The notes beneath the pieces were generated by a model that saw only the letters and a program-made list of their open reading frames with translations, made no database searches and was not told the origin of the DNA. From Selaginella moellendorffii (taxonomy: Eukaryota; Plantae; Lycopodiophyta), in the NCBI RefSeq assembly GCF_000143415.4, contig NW_003314359.1, forward strand, positions 628,058 through 668,137: a DNA stretch of 40,080 nucleotides, written 5' to 3'. A program made the position numbers and the translations under genes. Each line of letters starts with the position of its first letter. Position 1 is the first letter of the stretch. Below are positions 21,100-32,180 of the stretch, one piece after another.

Positions 21100-24000
21100 G
21101 GAAAAATTAGGCACTTATAGATTGTTTGTAAACTTCATTAAAGACTTTTAACATTTACTTCATTTAATGATAATTTAGCTGTGATGAGCTTGTTTTATTA
21201 AAGGTGTTGCAAAGGATTATATCATTAAACTTATATAGTTTTTCCATGTTAGCATGTCGATTTTACCTATATCAATATCATTTGGTTGTGTTTAGTCTGT
21301 GGTGTTAGATTTTATTAAATTTTAGACATGGTGAATCACTCCTTGATAATGTATTATCTATAACTGAGTATTGTTAAATGATTGGTCTTGAATGCTAAAT
21401 AAGGTATTTTTGACTTTGGTTAGCTTAGTTGCTAAAGAGTGTTGAGTGGTGATTCATTTTTACTTTCTTTTAGCTTTATTCTTGTGTTGATGGCATTGAA
21501 GTGATCCCTTAACATTAACATTATTAATGTTGAGATTAGAGTGAGATGAGATGTCTATATATGATTGATATTGAGTTTCATTAGTCTTGATGCAATTAGT
21601 GTTAATAATTTTATTATAGCTTCATGTTATTGGCATTCATGCATTTGCTAATTAACAATTATATTAGCATTCACACAAGTTGAGTGGTAAGTTGAGTTAG
21701 TTGTGTTCTAGATGAGATTGCTTAGTAAAGGTTGAGTTTTAGTTTTTCCATAAAAAGTGATTTAGTCATAAACTATACTAACCTTGTAAGAAAAAGAGTT
21801 AGTGATTAATATTAGAGTGTTTGAATCCTTATTGGATTTAAATTGGGATTACATCAATCATTGATAATTCTTCTTGTACTTGTTATAAAGTGAGCTATCT
21901 TGATATAATTATCTTATCATGGAGGATTATTTAGTGATCACTTATTGAACACAGCTTGAACATAACTAATTGAACTTTGCTTTAGCATTATAAAGTTTGG
22001 CTTCTAGATGTGTTGAGGTAGTTATTGTGGGTTATACCATGATTTCTTCTTTGGCATTAATATTAGTTCATATGAAATTCATGATCATTGTTAAATAAAA
22101 CTTAGTTATAAGCTTTTTCGAACTTTTAGTTCTTTGAGTTTCATACTCATTTTTCCATTTGTTAGGAGTTGTTAGAGAAGGCATTTTGGCTTATTAGCTT
22201 CGATATTTTAGTTGATATTTATATATGGTAATGATTGATGATAATTGATTATCATTTAAGATAGTTAATTATCCTTACTAAAGGTTTTACTAGATTATTG
22301 TTGATTTGAATAATTTGTCATTCTTCAAGATGGTAGATTATTTCTTTGATAATGATTATGCATCTCTTTAATGATCTTTTATAATGGTTAGTTATTTTCT
22401 TTAATGGCTTTTAGCTTTTTGCATTACCACATATTCTTTGTGGTGTACTCTGGATTGGTCTCTTGGGTTTGCATGTTAATAAAATATTGTTAACACTTGC
22501 TTAAGCAACTCTAGTTCCTTAGTGTTGTTAATTGGGAATTATCTGGATTGGCTGATGTAATAATTAGCATGAATGAGTATTTGTTGACCATTGTAATATT
22601 CATCTTGCGCTATTGAATGTTGTTTAAGTCTATTATATTAAGATGTTATTTCTTTCAAGTGATACATTCGTAAATATTTTATTTGTTAATTGTTGATCTG
22701 AATTGCTCCATATACTATGGGTAAAAAGTAAACCTCTCCTAGATTTCTTATGAGTGGCAAATATACTAGTCCATAATTATTTAGCACAGCACTAGTGGAT
22801 CTTTCTTAGGCATGATTATAAGTGGATTAATTAAGACTATAGGGATTAGTCTATAAGTCCAATTAGTCATTATTGTACTCTTTCATAAATTTTTCTTAGA
22901 TTGGACTGAAGGTAGTGCAAATGCAAACTTGAGGTTTAGTCAAGTTAAGTCCAAAAATAGAGTTATTAGGAATGAAAGATCACACATGTAAATTTTTTCT
23001 TTTTTTGAGAGATGATTTACAATGAAGTGTGAATTCATTGCTCATATTCACATTATACAATCAAAAGTCTCTACCTTGATGCATATTAATTATGATAGTA
23101 TTACAAATAGTGAGTTAGGGAATGGATAGTGGTGAAGCATTAAACCATTTTGCTTTGGCTTGCTATTATAAGGCTTCGTTGCAATGCTCAACTCTTTTTC
23201 CGGGAGCTTTCGAATAACTTGGTGTTAGATTAATTTGAAAGAGTGTAGCATGAACTTATCTATGTTATGAATAAAAGTTAGTGGTGTTGAGTGTTATAGA
23301 TCTCTATCGGTGGGATGTAACATTTATACTGCATTTTATTGAATAGAGTTGGCATTTGATATTCATATAAACTTTTGAAGTAATAATATACATTTGCCTA
23401 TAGTGTTACTCAATTGATGATTAAATCATTTTGATTTTTATATCATATCCATATGATAGTGAGTAATGTGTTTACGAAATTGTTTGGTTAAATGATGATC
23501 AACTCCAAACTGGTTGATAGTGAAGCTAGTCTACTTTCAAGAAGTAGCATTGTAATAACTTTAACTAAATTCTCTAAGTAATTCATTTTATAATAAACTT
23601 AAGTTAGTACTTTGGTTCCTTGAAAGTTTTCTCATTAGGTGATGGAAAAGTTATAGCATTCTACCTTGTTGGTTTATTCGTTAGCATTTGGAGTAGGTTC
23701 TTAGATGGAGAAGGTGTGTAGTGAAAGCATTAACTTTGCTAGCACTTGTGTTAGTGGAAGTGGCATTATTATATTGAATGATGAGGAGTTGTCTTTAGAG
23801 CTTAATTTTCATATTATTTTTTTTTATTAGTGTTTTAATTTCACATCAGATCTTGAAGATAATTGAAGAAGAGTGTTAGTGCAATATGGATATCTGAAGA
23901 TATAATCTTCATGATCAAGTTTTATATATTCATTTGCATTTTGCGGATGTTGATATTGGATATTGGATATATAAGTATGATATTTGATACTTAAACATGG

Positions 24001-24364
24001 TCATGAAAATTTGTGTTGAAGTGAATCTATGTGAAGTTGTAGATAAGAGGAAGTTGGTTAAGTCTTAAAAGTTTGTGTTCTTGGACTAAGAGTCCTTTCT
24101 TTGGGATGGAAAATTTTCTACAAATTTTCTTAGACTTTTCCAATAGTTGATTTATTAATCATTTACTTGAAAACCATTCTGTTTTTATAAGTCAGTACAA
24201 ACTAGTGAAAATGTTGGATTTGGCTTTGGTTACAGACCTTAGTAAATAGTTTGTAATTTGTATTTGTCAAAAGGGATGTTGACTTTTGGGGATAAGACAA
24301 TTGAGTTAGACAAAATTTAGAGTTGGTGAGGAAAAATGGCTATTACACTCTTTTAGAAAGGTGA
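21100..24364 (+). mobile_element. Rearranged, AT-decayed copy of the family B internal region
   Basis: 21100-22696 matches rc of ~15120-13505. 22697-24364 matches rc of ~17910-15600 without the Cassandra insert. Confidence 0.85.
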
Positions 24365-25351
24365 TTTACCCTATAATGATTTACTATAAGATAGATATGG
24401 AATGGAACATAAACCCCCCATGTGCCACATGCCACATGCCATATGCCACATATCCCAAGGTAGTAGAGCAAAATCCAAGTTTTAAAGCCTTAAACCATTG
24501 AATGAAGAGATGAAGCTAAACTTCTCAAGCATAAAGCCAAAGAGTGAAGGAAGTAGAGTATGAAAAAACTTTGAGCGTATAGCCCAAGAAGTGAAAGGAC
24601 AAAAGTATGGAGCGATTTAGAACAATTCTAGAGCTTACGTAAGGATATGAGTACTTTATTAACTAGCATAGTATAGAGTTTGGACTTAGACCCAAGCCGA
24701 ACACAAAACAAGCAAAAACACATAAATAGGAACTAAACTATACTTCAAGTTGGTCGGCTATGCCCAAACTATCAACTATCCCTATTATATATTTCAAACC
24801 CCCCACATTCCTCCCCCCCCCCCCCCCCCCTTGAGGAACACATGCTTTAGGCTTTCACCCAGTCTCAAGAGTAAGTCTTTGGAATAATCACGAAAATTTA
24901 TAATGCTAGATTGCAAATTTGAAAGCAAAAATAACACTATTATGTTCAAGACAATCTCTACATCTATAAATATGCCCAACTAACAAATCTAAACACTTTC
25001 CATAAATAGCCAATAGGACCAAACTAGAACTAACACAAGCAGTATGATAGAGAGAGTATGTTGGTAGATACAATAATCTATCACCTAGTAAGTATTGAGG
25101 GACCAAGTTTAATATCATAGGGGTTCCCAACATTAGTAAGTGCAAACCAACAATATAAGTTTCTCATCACTATGTTAAGTATGCTTGACTAATGACAACT
25201 TATGATTTCCTTCCTAATCTAAGTGTATATATGATCCAGGGTAAAGACTAATAAAGAATACCGACTTCTTGCCATCATAGTTGTAAAGAAAGAATATCCG
25301 AAAGGACTAGCTAACAAATAATTTTCGATACCTACATTCACATTTACGACA
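24365..25351 (-). repeat. Third, diverged family B LTR, lacking ~23 bp at its left end
   Basis: Colinear with 11563-12675, including the poly-C tract; ends CACATTTACGACA. Confidence 0.85.
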
Positions 25352-26395
25352 TGGGTTGATATGTCAATGTTACCTTTGCGTGTTTGTTATGGGATACAAC
25401 ACATGGAGCACTTGGACCAAGTGCAAAGGTTGAGTAGCATAGAGGCCATTCACAGGGCTAGTAAGTCCCCAAGTCAAAAATAGGACTTATAAAAGTTATG
25501 AGCAAGACTCCTACAAATGGTCAAAAATGTATTTAAGTAACTAAAGTAGAATAAAAAAATTTGTCACTTATAATTTAGTATCAAAACTATTCCTTAGTTT
25601 GACTATTATTAGCAGTCAAATATATCACCATTTGATAATGACATTTAAAGGTCCAAAAAGTGGGGTTATACTTAAGGAGTAGCATGTTAGGGGAACATGG
25701 CTCTCCACTTTAATTTATGCATGAATGAGTAGGCAATATAGTAGATAGAAAGGGGCTAATAAAGGAATGACTTTAGGATCTTGAGAATGTTAAAAAAAAT
25801 TTCTCAAAGAATTAAGGATGTAATCTATATAAGGATTTGGCTTAATAAATTGGCTAATATTGTTATAGTAAATAACTATAGTTAAGATCATAAGAAGGAT
25901 AAAAACTTTTAAATAATAAAAGAGTTAAAGAATTATCCTCGTGTGATTGAGGATGGTGCTTATAAATTTAAGACTAGAGTTGATAACCATGGAAGGTTAA
26001 ATAAAGATGAAGACATAGATCCTTGAAATGGTAGTTGGGGCTATTTCTAATAAATGCTGAAACAACCCAAAGCATTAGAGGTGTACTCAAAAGATAAGCT
26101 AGTGTTCTCATAATATGGAAAGATAGTTCTAAGGGGCAAAAGTAGCCCATATGAAATAAAATGTTGGAGTAACACTTACAAAGATGGTCATTATCAATAA
26201 GATGTAAATACAAAAAGTTGTATTCAAGTGAGGTGGGTCCTCAAAAGTAGTCAAAAAGCTAAAACCTTATGGGATATTGGACTAACAAAGTTTATAAGTT
26301 GGATGACTCAATAAAGTTAAAGGATATTTTTAAAGGCTTAGAAGAAACCAATTGACAAAGATGTGTTATACCTATAAATCTTTTTGTTCCTGCTA
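25352..26395 (+). mobile_element. Family A LTR 3' end, degenerate PBS and decayed internal/gag-like sequence
   Basis: AAAATTTGTCACTTATA-ATTTAGTATCAAAAC mirrors the LTR/PBS junction at 9928-9960. The downstream sequence is highly degenerate. Confidence 0.55.
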
Positions 26396-27287
26396 NNNNN
26401 NNNNNNNNNNNNNNNNNNNNNNNNNNNNNNNNNNNNNNNNNNNNNNNNNNNNNNNNNNNNNNNNNNNNNNNNNNNNNNNNNNNNNNNNNNNNNNNNNNNN
26501 NNNNNNNNNNNNNNNNNNNNNNNNNNNNNNNNNNNNNNNNNNNNNNNNNNNNNNNNNNNNNNNNNNNNNNNNNNNNNNNNNNNNNNNNNNNNNNNNNNNN
26601 NNNNNNNNNNNNNNNNNNNNNNNNNNNNNNNNNNNNNNNNNNNNNNNNNNNNNNNNNNNNNNNNNNNNNNNNNNNNNNNNNNNNNNNNNNNNNNNNNNNN
26701 NNNNNNNNNNNNNNNNNNNNNNNNNNNNNNNNNNNNNNNNNNNNNNNNNNNNNNNNNNNNNNNNNNNNNNNNNNNNNNNNNNNNNNNNNNNNNNNNNNNN
26801 NNNNNNNNNNNNNNNNNNNNNNNNNNNNNNNNNNNNNNNNNNNNNNNNNNNNNNNNNNNNNNNNNNNNNNNNNNNNNNNNNNNNNNNNNNNNNNNNNNNN
26901 NNNNNNNNNNNNNNNNNNNNNNNNNNNNNNNNNNNNNNNNNNNNNNNNNNNNNNNNNNNNNNNNNNNNNNNNNNNNNNNNNNNNNNNNNNNNNNNNNNNN
27001 NNNNNNNNNNNNNNNNNNNNNNNNNNNNNNNNNNNNNNNNNNNNNNNNNNNNNNNNNNNNNNNNNNNNNNNNNNNNNNNNNNNNNNNNNNNNNNNNNNNN
27101 NNNNNNNNNNNNNNNNNNNNNNNNNNNNNNNNNNNNNNNNNNNNNNNNNNNNNNNNNNNNNNNNNNNNNNNNNNNNNNNNNNNNNNNNNNNNNNNNNNNN
27201 NNNNNNNNNNNNNNNNNNNNNNNNNNNNNNNNNNNNNNNNNNNNNNNNNNNNNNNNNNNNNNNNNNNNNNNNNNNNNNNNNNNNNNN
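26396..27287. other. Assembly gap (N run)
   Basis: Run of N. Confidence 0.99.
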
Positions 27288-30206
27288 GAGTACAAGTAGA
27301 AAAAACCTTACTCAATCTCCTGTAATATATCACAAAGAACCTCATTTATCATTTATAGAAAAGACATCAGAATATTATATAATCTGAGCAATATCACTTA
27401 AAACTCATATAAACTAAATGGGGTACAAAAAGTAGTGTTGGGAACATCCTCTTTAGATGTCAATACCCAAAAGCAAGATTTAACTTCGTGAACCAACAAT
27501 TTCACCTCAAATGATTTAGAAGATTAGTAGTGTGGGGACAATAGTATATATCCGAATTTGTCACATCATTTAATGAATGATAATTGATGTGAATACTCCC
27601 ATTACACTTCATTACAAGATGAGTTTCACACACCAAAGATTTCAAAACTTTCAGATAATAGTTTTTTCTAACATCTTTTACACATTTACTTGTAAGATCT
27701 TGATCTCCTTAGGTAACAAATTGGATGAGTATCCTTAGTTGGAATAAGATGACACAATACAATTTTAGCCCTATACAACAAGTAAAAGTTGAAAAGATCA
27801 ATATACTTTGCTTGAGTCGATCAACTCTTGTAGCATAAAGATTGTCTAAGGGATCTAGAAAGGGAATAACAAAACAAGGAGAAAACACAATAAAAAGTAA
27901 TGGAGAGACAAAAATGATGAAAGTAGAGGTAAAAACAAAAAGACTAGGTGAAATAGAGTGAGAGAAATAAAAAAATATAAAAGAATATGTAATAAAGGGT
28001 AGAAGTTTTAAAGTTATCTTTGGCATGATTGTCTTGCAACTAATTTATACCAAAAATGAGGTTAAAAGTTTGACTTAGCACCACTTGCAATGTTTAGAAC
28101 TCAAACTCAAAATCACCCACACACATAATTAAGTTCATTTTATCTTGCTCATATGCATATATATGGTCATTGCTATTATGAATGTGCATGAATATAGATG
28201 AGAATGTGTTGCAATAACTTGAGTAATAGAAGATAGATTAAAACCTGTATCAACTAACATAGAGAGGATAATAGAGCACCTTTTATTATAAAATTGAGTT
28301 TGAAAGTAAATATTAAATGAACTAGTACTGAGTGAACCCTTTGATGGTATTTCCCAAAGAAAGATAAAAACTTATTTATATAAGTCCACTACTCACATAA
28401 CTTACTATTTTTTAGAAGAATCTTAATGTCAAGACATTCCATTATAACAACATCAATAAGATATTGGTGATGCCAAAGTCTCTACCCAAGAAATAAAGTA
28501 TGCTAATTCAAAAAACATTGACAATGTTGATAAGTGTGACTAACTTCATTATACCTAACAACAAATATCATGACTACAACCATGTTTTAGTCTTTATTCT
28601 GAAATATTGACCTCTATTAGAATAGGACCATCTTCCATAGAAAGTAGAGCTAAAGCATATGCATCTATAAATGGGAGAGGCAATATCTCATAGCATTATG
28701 TCAATCAAAAAACATCATCAAGGGTGGCTAGGATAAATGATTACACAAGTCCCACAAAATTTTAATGAAGTGTTAAGATCTTAGATATATAAAATTTTAA
28801 GCATTATAAATAATAAATAGATAATTAAATTTATTTATATTTTTAGATGTTATTTTTACAAAAATTGACTAATTTTTAATTTTATAAGACATAAATGTTT
28901 AAAAATCACAAATAAAATAGAAATTACTAACTAATTGCTAACTATAGTTATTTATTTGTGAAATTAAAGAATAAACTTCTATATTACAATCATCTTACAA
29001 ACTAGAAAAGGTTAGTAAAATACAGATGATTTATTAAAATATATACTTATGGACCATCCAATTTTATTCATTTGTGAATATAATACTAAATTACCATTAT
29101 TCTGTATATAATATATTATATTTTTTTCTCAGTAAGTGTTTGCCATAACTTATTATTTCCTGAATATAAAACTAAGTGAATGCAAAAAAAAAAAAATTTT
29201 TGAATTTGCAAATAACAAAAAACTATTTGCTAACAACATATGATGAGGCTTATTCTTAGAACCACTATATAACATACTTTTAAATATATTACAATCCTCA
29301 AGGAACTGTAAGGCTTGAATATATTAACTATCTTGGCTATAATAAATTTGATATGTTTTACTGGTTATTATTGCATAATTAACAGCATTATTTATCATTT
29401 TAAAGATGTTACATATTAATAAATTTTTGAAACCACTATAGGTTGTATGCCCACTAATTAATTTATTTATATTTCAATTTTAAGATTTTCTTTTAAACCA
29501 TGATAGCTTTATAAGGACTTCTCCTATAGATAAAGGTATTGTAATTGCATTTGACCAAGTTTCTAGATATTTGTGTTTCCAATTTATATTTGCAATCATA
29601 GAACTGATAGCATTTAGAATTTTTTGCATATCAAGTTGATTTGTGCTTTCTTCATATCCAAATTCAAGTGATGTATTTTCAATTTTACAATTAATTGCTA
29701 AAAGGACAAGTACTAAAGACATTTAGATGGTACTTTGCCATTTCACAATATTAATATACAAAGTTAAATTGTATTTTATCATATAAAAAATTAAGCAATG
29801 CTAATATTTTTCTTTGGATTGTTTGTTTTAGGAGATCTGTAATTTCTTCAGAGTCTTCCAAATTTTACATATTGAATAACATGAAATGGGTTCTAAATCT
29901 TCTACCTCAATTTTCTGCTGGAAGGCACGCATGATGGACAAACAAGCTAGAACAATGTACGAAGATTTCTTGCCTCTCAAGAACAGCACCACTACTTCTC
30001 TCGTACTCCATCAGAAGGTATTGAAAATTAGCAATTTCAAAAGAGCAAATACTAACCCAGATCCAATTGCCATTGAACATGGGATGGATAAGCTTGGCTA
30101 GAGCCTAGAAAAAGAGAGGAATGGAGCAACATCAGCATGCAATCCATGCTCCAGCTAATGCTCCGTTGAGGGAAACTTGAGCCTCCATGCAAGAGTCCTG
30201 TAAAGG

Positions 30207-30647
30207 ATGATAGCGATACTATCGATATTGTTGGTTCTATTCGCTCCAGGCCATGTCCACTCCAAGTGTATAGCGGGCGAGCTGTGCTGGCCAGACGCAC
30301 AGACCCGGGCATCCTTCAATCGCTCCGTGGGAGGGAGAATGATCAGCGTGGCCCCTTCAGCATCGCCATGCCATGATCCAAACTATGACGAGCGAGCCTG
30401 CAACGCCGTGAGGAGCGGCTGGAACAGTCCCTTCTGGAGGACCGATCAACCGGGTACGCTGCAATCGTTTGGGGAGCAGCGCTGCCTGATCTCTTCCAAC
30501 AGGACCGCCGCTTGCGGTCGCGGTCTACGCGGTCAACGTTACTCGGGCGACCCACGAGGCCGTCAAGTTTGCGTCCCGGTACGACATCGCGAAACACGGG
30601 GCATGACTTCCTCGGGCGGAGCACGGCGGTGGGAGCTCTCAGCATTA
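30207..30647 (+). pseudogene. 5' fragment of secreted FAD-linked oxidoreductase (BBE/VAO-like, fungal-type N-terminus)
   Basis: Signal peptide, then CIAGELCWP...FNRSVGGRMI...P.ASPCHDPNYDERAC..V...W. After frameshifts it reads YAVNVT...AVKFA..Y.I and NTGHDFLGRSTAVGALSI (covalent-FAD His motif). Truncated afterwards. Confidence 0.85.
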
Positions 30648-30649
30648 GC

Positions 30650-31930
30650 TTGGGTGGCAATCGAATGTATGGGATGTGAGGGAGTGTCTCAGATGCTCGG
30701 CACTGCATCTGGCATCCCTCATAACGGGCAGCCAGATGCGCTTTGTCCACACGCTGCTTCCTGGACAACGATGGTTAAAGCTTGTGTCGAAAGCTGGCCA
30801 GTAAGACAGACCTGTGTTGGCGATTCGACTTGGAAGGCACACGGGTTGACGAGATATCGCTCGCAGCCATTGTGGAAGCCTGTGGCAGCCAAAGAGCTCT
30901 TGCCGAAGGAAAGTTGATCGGATCACAGCAGCAACTCTGAAGAAGTCTATGAAGTCGTTCTGTGGGCTTCGATGATCTCGGCCGTCGCTCAAAACAACCT
31001 CAGCTCCAGCCCTCTTCAACTCTTCCACCGGATGCTGCTCGAAGGCATCCAGCTGGACATCGTCGCCTACACTACGGTTCTCGGTCCTTGTGGAGTAGTG
31101 CAGACCAGAGCCGAAGGCAAAGTCACCCACTCGAGCATTACTGACGCTGGTTTGGATACCGGGGCCGCCATAGCCAGTTCTCTCATCACCATGTTACTCC
31201 CAAGTGAAGGTGCGTAGACGAAATAGAGCACGTTTTTAACAAGGTCGTACTGCGGTGATCTCGGCTTACGCTCACAATGGTTACGGCCGACTTGCTCTTC
31301 ACAGCTTCGCTAGCCCGATCACGTACCGTGCCTCCGTCCCCGACATTACACTCGGTAAACTTCTTCATGACGAGATTTCCTGTTCCAGCTTGGACCACCA
31401 CCTTCAGCTTCAGAATGTTCTCATAAGTCTCTACTCCAAGTGTGGCTGCGTGGATCGAGTCAAGACCATCTTTGAAAGGTTTCCAACCGTCGGTGTCATC
31501 CCAGGCTCTGCGATGCTGCAAGCTTATGCTGAGAACGAGCCCGGCCACCAGACACTGAGCTTCTTCAGGCTCATGGTGGTCCAAGGTGTTCATCCTGAGA
31601 ACGTCATCTTCCCCAGCGTTCTCTAGGCTTGCAGCCATGCGGGCCTTGTCGATGTTGGTTGTGGATACTTTCGATGAAGCAAACTACGAAGTTAAAGAGA
31701 CTGGGTCGATCTGTTTGCCCGGTCTGGAAAGCTGGAGGAAGCAGAGGAACTGATTGGCAGCATACCCTTGGAGCCCGAAAACTTAACATGGCTGGGTCTG
31801 TTAGCTGGTTGCAAAAGCTAGGACATGTTGAGCGGGTACCGGAGCAGCATCACGAGCCCTCGAGCTCAATCCAACAAAAACCTCCGGTCCGGATGTCTTG
31901 TTGTCCGGTTGGAGACTGTAAACACTAATG
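30650..31930 (+). pseudogene. PLS-class (E-type) PPR pseudogene
   Basis: Fragments in shifting frames with stops: MISAVAQN..LQLFHRMLLEGIQLDIVAYTTVL, MISAYAHNG, NVLISLYSKCG, VIFPSVL*ACSHAGLVD, DLFARSGKLEEAEELI, TWLGLLAGC. Confidence 0.85.
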
Positions 31931-32180
31931 ATTTTTGAAAAAAGAATAGTTAGCTGAGCACTTTGTGCTCCTCAGGTCGACAAAATTGGGTTACCTGCAC
32001 AAAGAAAAACAATGTCAGCTACTGATACCAATGAAAGCTCCAACTTACATACTCGCGACGATAAAAGTCTTTTGTATCTGCATAAAAACCGAGTCAAACT
32101 CTAAAACTTAATAAGCTTTTCAAATCTCACCAGAGCTCGATGCCATTGAAACGAAATATGACCAGTTGCATCTTCATATT

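Noticed and set aside
24418-24452. CCACATGCCAT half-site resembling the 22-bp palindrome
   Set aside because: It is the decayed GCCACGT/G-box repeat of the family B LTR and lacks the opposite arm.
26338-27345. ORFs spanning the second N-run
   Set aside because: Gap artefacts.
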